DNA of 64,000 nucleotides from an uncultured Elusimicrobia bacterium (GTDB lineage Bacteria; Elusimicrobiota; Elusimicrobia; 2-01-FULL-59-12): NCBI GenBank assembly GCA_963702895.1, contig OY969767.1, positions 2,336,001 to 2,400,000 of the forward strand, read 5' to 3'. Shown piece by piece: positions 56,801 to 64,000 of this stretch (position 1 is its first letter; each line of letters starts with the position of its first letter). The notes under the pieces were generated by a model. It saw only the letters and a program-made list of their open reading frames with translations, ran no database searches and was not told where the DNA came from. The position numbers and the translations under genes were made by a program.

Positions 56801-59800
56801 GGAAGACACGATTCCTTTTCGCTGAAGGAATTTTTTAATGAACAACTCTTTTCGACCCGTACCAACGCCGATCGAGAGCACTTTTGAGTTTGGACCGATC
56901 GACCCCCCGATGTGCGAAGCCATTTCTTCGTACTGAGACATTCGTCCTGCGAGCCGGTTGAGAAGTCCGAAGGATATGCCGTCGAGTGTGCTGAATATGA
57001 GGGTAAGACGATGCCACGGGGATGAATAGGCTCGCTGGATGCGTGCCGGAGTGCTGTCGCGGAATGGGGTGCTATGCGCGTCAGATGCTCTTGGGTTCTC
57101 CTCACTGGAGCCGCCGGACGCGGGGCTTCTGCTCCGAGTTCTCTCCCGGATATTGCGCCAACCCCGGCGGATGATCTCGGTCATTCTCGTGATTTCAGTA
57201 TCAGTCAGCATATAGACTCTCTGTACATCTGCTATTTCTTGCTTCGTCAAATCCCCGCCCCGCTGCAGAGTCTCAAGCCATCCGAGGAGCGTCCCAAGCA
57301 GTTGGCCGTATTGATCCATGAACTGCTTAAAGCAAAGTTCAATGTTCTGTCTATCTTCAGGAGAGAGGTCGTATGCTTGCAGTGTTGTTTTGACATTGGT
57401 GAGGATTCGAGCTGTCGTCGATTTTTCGCCTTGATAGGGTTTTTTAATCTCATCGGCTAAAACGCCAGCAATCGACCTTCCTTGAACTTGGATTCTGGGG
57501 TACAAGCGAGCATCAGTAAGCGCTCGCTGAATTCTTCTTTCGAGCTCAACATTCGCCGCCTCCGCTACCGCATCAAGAAGATCCCGCATTTCAAGTTTGA
57601 TCGCGCTTGGCTCCCTCGCCTCAGGCTCCGGCAGGCTCCGGCGGGCGATGGCTTCAGCGCGCTTCCGGTCACTTATGATCGCGGCCTGCTTGTTTTGTTC
57701 AAGGATTGCCTTGTGGACGAGATCCTGCTTATCGCTGGGCTTCTTGTCGGGTTCAATGAGTTTAAATCCAACACCTTGACCTTGCGCGTGAGCAATGTTC
57801 TCCTCCTGCCACGCTTGAACCACATCAAGTTGATCGAGGGCGGTATTGACGCCTTCGTCGGTATAGACCTTCACCGCCGCGTTCAGGTGGACTTGAATGC
57901 CTTCCAGGAGCAGGGAGGGAGTTGGGTTGGGGGTGTTGGGTGCGCCATTGAGCGTGGTTTGAGCTTTTACGACGGCGGCCTTAAGCTGCTCTCGCAAATC
58001 AGTAAGTTGATTTTCCGAAAGCTCGTGTCCCTTGGCAGGCACGATCGCGAAGAACACGGTATCTGGAGGACCGCGGGCGAACCAGAGTTCTCCTTGAAAA
58101 TCGGGCAGTTTTTCGAAGGCTTCCGCCAAGGCCTGATGGGTCACGGTGCGATCGGCGAGGATGACCTGGTCAAAGGCATGCGCTTTGCCCCAACTGGCGA
58201 TGCTTTTGCCTCCCATCCACACGGGCCCCTGCGGATCGGATCGGTCGATATGAACGCGCCGTCCAGTATCTGCCGGCACCCCGAGGGAGTCTCTCAGGGA
58301 ATAGTTGAATTGAATCGAGCCGATGACGAAGGGAGCCTTATAAAGGCCAAAAAAGCTCCACAGACGAATAACGATCTGCCGAAAGGGCTCCGGCAGGTAC
58401 GATTTATCCCGATGCGCGAGTTCCTGGTGGAGCTCTTCCTTAGTTCCGAAATGCACGATGCGGCCTTTTGCGGGCTGAAGCAAGGGGATCGCGGCGTTGG
58501 TCCCTTTTTGAGCCAGCAGCTCATCAATCTGATCCGCCTGCGGGTGATGGCGATTGAGGGCATCTTTCGACCCCTTTGCCGAGGGAAGCTGATCAACTTT
58601 GGGGTCATAGACGACCACGGCATCTTTGATATTGTTCTGGATAGTCTTTGCTCTTTCCAGAGCAAGTCCGGCGAGGTCGCGCGCGTGCTTGAATCGCGCT
58701 CGCGGATGATTGAGATCTTCGCGTTCGGATTCAGGTGTATTTTTTTGTCGCTCCCGAATCTCAATTTCGTAAGTACGGACATGGTTTGCCGACACAATCC
58801 CCGCCGAAACGGTCATGGGGGTCAGGTCCGGGTGGGGGTTGTTCTCATTTGAACCAAATATTCTCCGTACTTGGTTGACCTTTTTCTCTATCTCCTGAGG
58901 GGTTCCGCGGATCACGAACGCCCGTTCATCGCCACCCACCCGTCCACCCACGGCTTTCCCAAGCTCCTGCATGAGCAAGCGCTCAAAACGATCGTAATAA
59001 TCTTGGTTCACGACTGGTTTGGTCAGGAGGTCGTTTTTCTCCCTCCCAAAGTCAAAATCGAAAATGACGAAGGACCAAGAGGCCGGCTCGGGAGTCATCG
59101 CTTCCCCCAGGCGTGCTTCCATGCTCGGCGTTCGGGTCATCGCCCACACGTCGTAGCCGAGATGGATGAGACCAGCAAAGAAAGCGGCAATTACGTAAAG
59201 GAGGGGGTACTGGCCGGGAACGAAGGAAATCGCGAAATAGGGCAGGAGAAAGACAAATTGCCTGGCAAACTGCTTCAGATTTTCGCCAAGCGTCCCGCGC
59301 GGCCGGTGGGGTTCAAACTGTTGGAGAATGAGATGCAAGGCCACCCAGCCCGCCAGGACCCCCAGGAGAGCCACATGCATTGGCCCTTGATCGAACTGGA
59401 TGCTGGCGGCGAACAAGAGAGGGATCTCCGCCACCAGCCCCAACAACCCCATCTTGCGGGCGGTGGATTCCCGAACCCGGAACACCGATTTGCCCAGCCC
59501 ATAGCCGATCGCGTTGGCCCCTGGGCCACCGGTGCCGGAGGGGCGGCCGGACATATCCGTTCCATCCGGAGGGACCGTCCCCATCGGGTGAAATGGGAGG
59601 ATATGAGCTCCCACTGTTCTTGAGGAGCGTGAGGGGCTTGGTTGTTCGTGCGCGGAAGGCATCTGGATAGGTGGGGCATCACCAGCACGCCGGAAGCGAA
59701 CGTCCACTCCGGAAAGGCCGTCCAAGCCCTTTTTGAGATCTTCTGGGAAGCTCTCCCAGGCTTCGGTTTTGACGTCGACCCATAGCACGGACTTTTCAGG

Positions 59801-62800
59801 GTCGAATTGAATCCTCTGAAATGGATTTTCTTTAAGTGGATGGGGAGACCAGTCCTTATCCCCTATGAGGTCATTCGCACGCGCGAATCTGAGTTCTTTC
59901 CCCCTCTGATCCCACTCAATGAAGAGATAGCTTTCATCACGATGTTGCAACACGATGTTGGTGTTCCCGTGGGCATCCAAGTGGATATCAGGGAATTTCT
60001 TATCCTCGAGGCTTGGGACGTCGTAGACTGCGCCGTAGAAGGTTCCGCGTTTGTAGCTAGACGCCCAATCCGCGAGATTGCCGAGGATATTCACGTCACG
60101 TTTCAGTTGTTGGAACGCGAGGTCCTCGAGGAGGCGCCCGCTGGTGAGGAAATCGAACAAGCTGTGGCTGGCGGCGATCATTGCCGTCGAAGCGATGATC
60201 GCAAGAGGGGAAGGTGTCAATTGAAGAAACGGGACAGCGGGAACTGCGGCAAAACCATACAATCCAAAAATCAATGCAGGTATGATGCTCTGAACAAGGC
60301 CACGCCCAAAGGCGTTGGCCAAGCGGGGGAAAAAGCTCAAGTCATCCCGGGCACGGTAGTTCGCGATGATGGCAAGCGGCACATGCGCAAATCCCAATCC
60401 CCACAGCGCGTAGGACAGCCAGCCCAGCGGATGCAGGAGGGAGACGCCGATCAACACGGTTGCGATCGAAGCTTCCGCGAGGCCTCCCCATTTCCCCAGG
60501 CTCCGCACCCGTTCGGAGTTGGCGTCCTTTCCCCAGGCGAGCGCCAGCCACATAGGCAACGACGCCGCGCCGCTCGGACCAGAACGCACCCTTCGTCCGC
60601 GGTTTGTGTGCTCCTGTGGAGTTAAGAGGGAAGAACTGCTGATTAGATTCTCTTTAGCGACCGGCGCCGTGCTCCAGAGAGGGTTGTCTACAAAAACCGG
60701 AGTGCCTCTATCGCCCCGCACGCAGATGATTCGGCCGTACGAGAGCTCACTCTTAACTCTACTCCCCACAATTTTCTGCGGTATCCAACTCACACCTTCC
60801 GGACCAGCCGTCAGCGCGTAAACGGTTATTAACTTAACACGTCTATCCGTTTGATTGGTTGAGTACCCTAAAGCCTCGTACGCGTCCAATTTGGCAAAGG
60901 GCCGGAGTTTCGGATGCAGCATCCACTTCCCATTCCTCTGTTGCGCATCCGTAACAAAATAAACAACATGACCAATCAAGGGCTTAAGATTCTTCCACGG
61001 GATTAGCCAAGTGCCTGGCTTCTTCTCTGATTTCTTGCTGGTCGGCTTGCGCCCTTTCCTGCCGGAGCCCGGTTGTTCGTCGATCGGCGGCCCATGCACT
61101 TGGACCATCTGCCGATCCGACATGGGCTTCGCAGCAGGGTGTTTACCCACATGCCAGCCCTCCCCAAATTGAGGTGCACCCAGCTTGAGCGGGGGGGTGG
61201 GGGTGACGGAGGTAGCCGGCGCGGCGGGCCCGCCCGCCGTCAGCGCGGCGCCGTCGTTGGCGTGAGCCTCGTTGTAGAACGTGTGAGCCAAGACGTTAGC
61301 GTGGTCGCCGCCCAGGCGATGCCCAAGCCCCGCGGAGAGAGCCGTCAGGATAGCCTCAGTCAGGAGGGACAAGAGGAAGATGTCAAGGGAGAACATCGTG
61401 CCGTGAAACGATTGGCTGAAAGCCATCCCCAGAGGCAGCACCGCGAGCGCCAACCCCGCCCCCACAGCCAGGCCCGCGAGGAGCCCCTGCCGGGCGCCGG
61501 CGCGGCCGGCTGCCACAATGCCACGCATCCCCTGACCGCGGGCGCGCCGGATTCTTTGCTCCACAGCCGTGTCGTTCAGTTTCCATGAATCAGGATGCAC
61601 TTGGCGATAGGCTTGGATATCCTGCTGGCTGACCAAATGGTCGTCCACAAAATCCTGAGCGCACTGCGCATTGCGGAAATGGCGTCTTTCAAACCAAGGG
61701 GCGAAATCTTCTTCAATTTTCCGCCGCTCCTCTGGCGTGAGCTGCCACTTGATGGGCTTCATCATATCGCCAAGAACGAGGCGAGTCTCTTTCTCGATCG
61801 CGACGCGCCGGGACGTCCACCCCAGGGCGCGATAGAGGCGCCACCGCAGGTAGATTGGTTCCCCCAGCCGGTACAGGATCGCCCCCGCCAGATAGGTGTC
61901 CGGATGCGTCAGCGCGTCGCCGGCCGGCGGAGCGGGGGTGTCCTCGGTATCGCGTTTCGGGTTGGTAGCGGGCAAGGCATCAGGTGAGGTCTGCTCCAAA
62001 GACACACGAGGCCGCTCCGTTTGGTCAGACTCCTTCATCCCGACTACTTTCTTCAAATTATCTTTAAGGTTGTTGGCGTTAAGGAGATTTGCCTGAACAC
62101 GATTCCTATCTGCGATTTCGTCTTCGATATTAACGAATTCGGTCCGTGAGAGGCGGCGTTCAAGCCCGGCTATTTCCTCTTGATTCCACTTTTCCAGCAG
62201 GCTAAAGTTTTTCGGTTCTTCGCGTTTCAATTCCGAAAGCGCTTGAACTTGATGATCAGCGCTTAAGTACTTTAATAGGTTTGATAGATGGAAGAGATAT
62301 TCGTCGTTCCAATCCGGCCGCGCGTGGGTAAATTCGTCATAAATAAACGCGGGGTCAATTAATTGAATGCGGCCGGAGGCGCTGACGAAATATTGAAAAT
62401 CACCTGTGATTCGCATCCCAACAGATTCAAAACGTCGATGAATCTCCCTTAAATCATTGATCGTTTGTGGAGTTAGCTTCTTTGCCATGACCTCAGGCAT
62501 ATCGCCCGGGGTTATATCAACGACGATGTTCCATCGGCGATCGCGATCTCTGTCTTTGCCGTGCGCCTCGGGACCGACCCCCAGCCGTTGATTCAACAAT
62601 GCGCCACGAAAATCCCGCAGCAACTGTGCTTCGAGTTGATTGGGCGAAAGGGGATGCGATGGATAACTCGTAATCACGGCGACTGGCCTGCCATCAGCCA
62701 AATAACCGAGTCGAACGAGACCCCCTGAGCCGCTGTCAATCCGGCTAACCAGAAAGACATCTTTCTCCGGCATGACCACCTTGCTTTGTGGGATGTCTTC

Positions 62801-64000
62801 AAACGAAACCGGCAGCTCGGTTAAAGGCTGCATCGGACGGAGCCCTATTGGATAGGGCAGATCCTCAGTTGAAAGCGTCTCTGTGGGAAGAAACAACCCC
62901 ATTCTTCCTGTTTTCTTGCGATACCGTAGAATGCCTCCGCCAACATCAAGACCTACAGGATTGTCTGTCACATCCTTGATCAGAGACCCCCCCGGCGTTT
63001 TCCCGTGGAGCAAGCGACGGATCTTATCCCGAAAAAGCCATATCGTTGTAGCGACGGCGGCCAATCCAATCAGACCGGTCACTATCGCGGGCACCCCTAT
63101 GATGTAGGCCAGCATAAACGCGACCAACGGACCGGACTGAGCGGTCGGCGGAGAGGACGTGGCATCAACATTCGGAGAGTCATCACGCGGGGCCGACGTC
63201 CGTTGAGGCTCGGCGCCGATCACCGCCACGGTGATGTCGTCATCCGTGGCTCGGATGTTGATTTCCTTGGGAAGGCGTGAGCTCGCCCGAGCGGCCTCCG
63301 CCAGCTTCCCCGACAATTCGATGTTCCCCTTCCCAGCGTGAGCGCCCCGCTCAAGAAGGAGGCGAATTGCTTCGTCAGTCAAATTGTCATGGACACCATC
63401 CGTCATCACGAGCACTCGAGTCCCCACAGGAACGACCACACGGGACACTTGGGGATCCGGTACCGCGGGAACTTTGGCCTGAATAAAGTTCGTTACCAGT
63501 TTCCGGGAATCGAACATCTTTCTCTGCTTCTCCGTAGCAAGCTGCTCAGCGCGTGTAACGGACGAGAGGAATTCCTGCTGAGACCCCCTCAGCCGCTGAT
63601 CGATGGCTTCGAATCCGTCGAGGAATCTACCCCGGACGTTATCCACTGTCAAGACGTGGGATGCGTTGTCGGGTAGGACAGCATAGGCGCGTGAATCTCC
63701 GGCATTGAAGGTCAAAACCTCGACATGGCCGCTAGCGCCCGGATCGGGGCGAATGATCGTCAAAGTGGCCGTGCAACCTCGTTTGTCGTCGTGATTCGCT
63801 TTAAGAGTAGCGGCTGCTCGCACCAGAATGTCTTTGACTTGTTCTATCACCTTAGCCGTTGGCTCGACCAAACTCAGCTTCAAAAGTTCCTCTCTTACAA
63901 ACTCGGATACCCACTCACTGGCCAGAGCGCCATTGTTCTCTCCTGCTATTCCGTCAAAGACCGCCGCGACCTGGATGTCGCCGTCCAGCTGAAAAGCGAA
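50879..64000 (-). CDS. Giant multidomain membrane protein, at least 4373 aa, 5' end beyond window
   Basis: Frame stays open upstream of 63883 to the edge (AAVFDGIAG, a PP2C motif). Contains PP2C, kinase-like, GGDEF-like, two SAM methyltransferases, M48-like, receiver and further HExxH domains plus TM modules. Confidence 0.92.
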   Translation of the reverse strand, partial: FAFQLDGDIQVAAVFDGIAGENNGALASEWVSEFVREELLKLSLVEPTAKVIEQVKDILVRAAATLKANHDDKRGCTATLTIIRPDPGASGHVEVLTFNAGDSRAYAVLPDNASHVLTVDNVRGRFLDGFEAIDQRLRGSQQEFLSSVTRAEQLATEKQRKMFDSRKLVTNFIQAKVPAVPDPQVSRVVVPVGTRVLVMTDGVHDNLTDEAIRLLLERGAHAGKGNIELSGKLAEAARASSRLPKEINIRATDDDITVAVIGAEPQRTSAPRDDSPNVDATSSPPTAQSGPLVAFMLAYIIGVPAIVTGLIGLAAVATTIWLFRDKIRRLLHGKTPGGSLIKDVTDNPVGLDVGGGILRYRKKTGRMGLFLPTETLSTEDLPYPIGLRPMQPLTELPVSFEDIPQSKVVMPEKDVFLVSRIDSGSGGLVRLGYLADGRPVAVITSYPSHPLSPNQLEAQLLRDFRGALLNQRLGVGPEAHGKDRDRDRRWNIVVDITPGDMPEVMAKKLTPQTINDLREIHRRFESVGMRITGDFQYFVSASGRIQLIDPAFIYDEFTHARPDWNDEYLFHLSNLLKYLSADHQVQALSELKREEPKNFSLLEKWNQEEIAGLERRLSRTEFVNIEDEIADRNRVQANLLNANNLKDNLKKVVGMKESDQTERPRVSLEQTSPDALPATNPKRDTEDTPAPPAGDALTHPDTYLAGAILYRLGEPIYLRWRLYRALGWTSRRVAIEKETRLVLGDMMKPIKWQLTPEERRKIEEDFAPWFERRHFRNAQCAQDFVDDHLVSQQDIQAYRQVHPDSWKLNDTAVEQRIRRARGQGMRGIVAAGRAGARQGLLAGLAVGAGLALAVLPLGMAFSQSFHGTMFSLDIFLLSLLTEAILTALSAGLGHRLGGDHANVLAHTFYNEAHANDGAALTAGGPAAPATSVTPTPPLKLGAPQFGEGWHVGKHPAAKPMSDRQMVQVHGPPIDEQPGSGRKGRKPTSKKSEKKPGTWLIPWKNLKPLIGHVVYFVTDAQQRNGKWMLHPKLRPFAKLDAYEALGYSTNQTDRRVKLITVYALTAGPEGVSWIPQKIVGSRVKSELSYGRIICVRGDRGTPVFVDNPLWSTAPVAKENLISSSSLLTPQEHTNRGRRVRSGPSGAASLPMWLALAWGKDANSERVRSLGKWGGLAEASIATVLIGVSLLHPLGWLSYALWGLGFAHVPLAIIANYRARDDLSFFPRLANAFGRGLVQSIIPALIFGLYGFAAVPAVPFLQLTPSPLAIIASTAMIAASHSLFDFLTSGRLLEDLAFQQLKRDVNILGNLADWASSYKRGTFYGAVYDVPSLEDKKFPDIHLDAHGNTNIVLQHRDESYLFIEWDQRGKELRFARANDLIGDKDWSPHPLKENPFQRIQFDPEKSVLWVDVKTEAWESFPEDLKKGLDGLSGVDVRFRRAGDAPPIQMPSAHEQPSPSRSSRTVGAHILPFHPMGTVPPDGTDMSGRPSGTGGPGANAIGYGLGKSVFRVRESTARKMGLLGLVAEIPLLFAASIQFDQGPMHVALLGVLAGWVALHLILQQFEPHRPRGTLGENLKQFARQFVFLLPYFAISFVPGQYPLLYVIAAFFAGLIHLGYDVWAMTRTPSMEARLGEAMTPEPASWSFVIFDFDFGREKNDLLTKPVVNQDYYDRFERLLMQELGKAVGGRVGGDERAFVIRGTPQEIEKKVNQVRRIFGSNENNPHPDLTPMTVSAGIVSANHVRTYEIEIRERQKNTPESEREDLNHPRARFKHARDLAGLALERAKTIQNNIKDAVVVYDPKVDQLPSAKGSKDALNRHHPQADQIDELLAQKGTNAAIPLLQPAKGRIVHFGTKEELHQELAHRDKSYLPEPFRQIVIRLWSFFGLYKAPFVIGSIQFNYSLRDSLGVPADTGRRVHIDRSDPQGPVWMGGKSIASWGKAHAFDQVILADRTVTHQALAEAFEKLPDFQGELWFARGPPDTVFFAIVPAKGHELSENQLTDLREQLKAAVVKAQTTLNGAPNTPNPTPSLLLEGIQVHLNAAVKVYTDEGVNTALDQLDVVQAWQEENIAHAQGQGVGFKLIEPDKKPSDKQDLVHKAILEQNKQAAIISDRKRAEAIARRSLPEPEAREPSAIKLEMRDLLDAVAEAANVELERRIQRALTDARLYPRIQVQGRSIAGVLADEIKKPYQGEKSTTARILTNVKTTLQAYDLSPEDRQNIELCFKQFMDQYGQLLGTLLGWLETLQRGGDLTKQEIADVQRVYMLTDTEITRMTEIIRRGWRNIRERTRSRSPASGGSSEENPRASDAHSTPFRDSTPARIQRAYSSPWHRLTLIFSTLDGISFGLLNRLAGRMSQYEEMASHIGGSIGPNSKVLSIGVGTGRKELFIKKFLQRKGIVSSFFGIDLSEHQLQKAKKNGMQGRLARADGREAPFGDNTFDAVFLFESLGHMPDRQQALREAARVLKPGGRIFIASYGTRSILSVSSLGWFYEYRGDQPEDVSEDLRQVGLENVRLIPLSAYGTHPDYYLLRATKPDNPETVATAIAPAGAATPQSAPADNTPPDARKFLHGLRRNPAATAEAEAIFKRACDRWAEMQDIPPHIRERLLRTTIIVADDAPTFGSVLFDDASLSEMPVILLNTGFLKTLTPPQRAFIIGHELGHILQGDAAFTSILLVDKGLSDRLRNEIEVRCDMIGALLSFDTKLSDAGVRAKEEVPAIFDQFERYRSSLPKPPAWFVGDPLFDPHPPDFVRQGLVSWVNPENQDHVLSLVRRPYIVPIQSGEGIGRDVNTPVVASIVASDSTASPGEAPAPTTQAATQGRILLVDNEKGNLDSYGEDLSDQGYEVVTANSAEDALRKLKDFGPGYFSLIITDRDLSAQGQPAMVGEELIQQVRSIQPGMRAILFTGNNDILKDVEFALTHPDIKLVEKPCSLDTMRQAVSAALGSAGPKAKRRTIPRVFLGLLQPVVLGMFLIAASPVQDAFHGAPAAGRPPAASERIPDTTGIFDMKIILEDAKELPKNAKDIVKAWAEKHSKEGTTLIGKAMSQLNDDLERMGFVCEWQNSGGPLRVNYYSFQKSRIQFFEISGDDMRWLVQVIPARLVSGQRRNVTGFLLQYQQAVIIDEGVVPVAATTHRRLLDTPDAELKDKFGVDSKIARDVLLETFGGITQSEAARKHWETVREHEFLHFWRNMLDRVGSLRPTAPGDSLPSELDAYLGGLAFADNPYWDLLRHLEDLKKAGGPDAKQEHIDVASAVFRLLAREDGLRDILGAREIAQSAGPVSIHDAARFFTALRRAHVPDADIRKAAGSAYEKVIGPPLENMRLVFGPKQPGLAFLTHPNTYKAGLIRKRMGRLAFLRWFFSLNRPKLEATETYQKYLDMTRKGNELKDHELDWIHHHFAPYYLPEFWNFMVRPFLFVAEHQIYDEKEKKFVPQNQYPKAAERLGDGAERIFIAIWSIMLPTAVLSVIGWLYADPSSFWVGLLGGLANALAVLTLGYFAQVLTHKDHQRAEAERERRGETPAYLTASGDAVPVPKRVLRHNALMNQLRAAWIKQASVLENIGDRGWEKIFREIDFTTQKAIRDWKNMKHAAKRLMKFSPISQIDKDWLIRFSQREVLPLDLFGSQSGDIVFEFPDNDSPRLDALKVSSPQIGQTFSDGRVYRAIFFDQHPPKRILVRSSNSKDKSARRDIESLIHKIRADVKAHGFEIKVEEFSAEKIDPAALYHSAPFEHLPSFLGIGGLACEVDQLWLSDIVGMATQGQSLTREEWKNLHDVIAMIAFSTQPPTPTHTVPPAAVRRIQAPVLGTTRVGSGDRDRIDTPSFGGLPPRQTGEESTEIDIFEELMFESSGENRLTLDGLRQSRILNIGSGPRTDGNLVSYLHRLGVKVVGLDPIVRRTKGGDSSYVQGEVQKMPFSDNSFDIAISIALFNNEYFDLQRGADQGPEAFYQAAATEIRRILVNGGRFLMTTGMLDAHPGLLPAFEQNGFKVIELVEGGYLLINHKGSLSAPASDTTVKPSASVVSDTKAKPSASAVTGTRTDTRTQEENILWDVARTHLSDPSGHSRFHRNAFVGKDSHYWEDVFVRAIGSDSYGESLREAAPRVSGQLQRLIHNVIYPTDGSPPTGNTIPADQFAERVLDKVNAYLDADLPVQDDAASSSRPEVQHLSAGELLDHFRLWQAVKGWAGMAVNMARAALSPKHRKHLFKELRAVEAGLNHILKDRGQDPISLLPYGYEDREGDSRTASWWKILTHFGDAAAARRMGRVNIFLPSGMKLLTASHELAHLLNPNEEDESRIIKIAEIYVAARSEQVAKLPAAVGSTVEAAQSAGRRRATINDLVHVAERMVNRPDLAGDKKALSLSKELNSFREAFLTNA

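Noticed and set aside
50879..64000. Giant gene as NRPS/PKS, RTX/MARTX toxin or DGR target
   Set aside because: No synthetase modules, RTX repeats, reverse transcriptase or template/variable repeat pair seen in the visible part.

Overview
A 64 kb GC-rich bacterial chromosomal window. The giant multidomain gene and gene content suggest Elusimicrobiota or Omnitrophota, but that is inference, not tested. The backbone is housekeeping genes: coaX, mdh, pilB-like, glyQ/glyS, recO, corC-like, ybeY, HD hydrolase, phoH, aspS, a murein-peptide recycling cluster, mtnP, recJ, rpiB, tpiA, short argA, fused IOR and two histidine kinases. Five unusual layers sit on top of it. (1) A giant ORF of at least 4373 aa, open at the right edge, in which diverse enzyme domains alternate with two recurring membrane modules. 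A 1401-aa signal-peptide-bearing kinase/PfkB/RmlD fusion sits inside the phoH-ybeY-recO-glyQS gene order. (2) Several families of palindromic or short-tandem inverted repeats that are translated, either in frame inside genes or as mini-ORFs that preserve stop/start coupling. One is a 52-bp element nested at CCGG sites inside another repeat. (3) A c-di-GMP-I riboswitch with a greatly enlarged P2 upstream of a FecR / beta-barrel / G8 surface operon. (4) Many apparently leaderless genes. (5) A tandem palindromic operator on an AAA+ ATPase promoter. No CRISPR array, tRNA, rRNA or transposase was seen. All family assignments come from motif recognition by eye.
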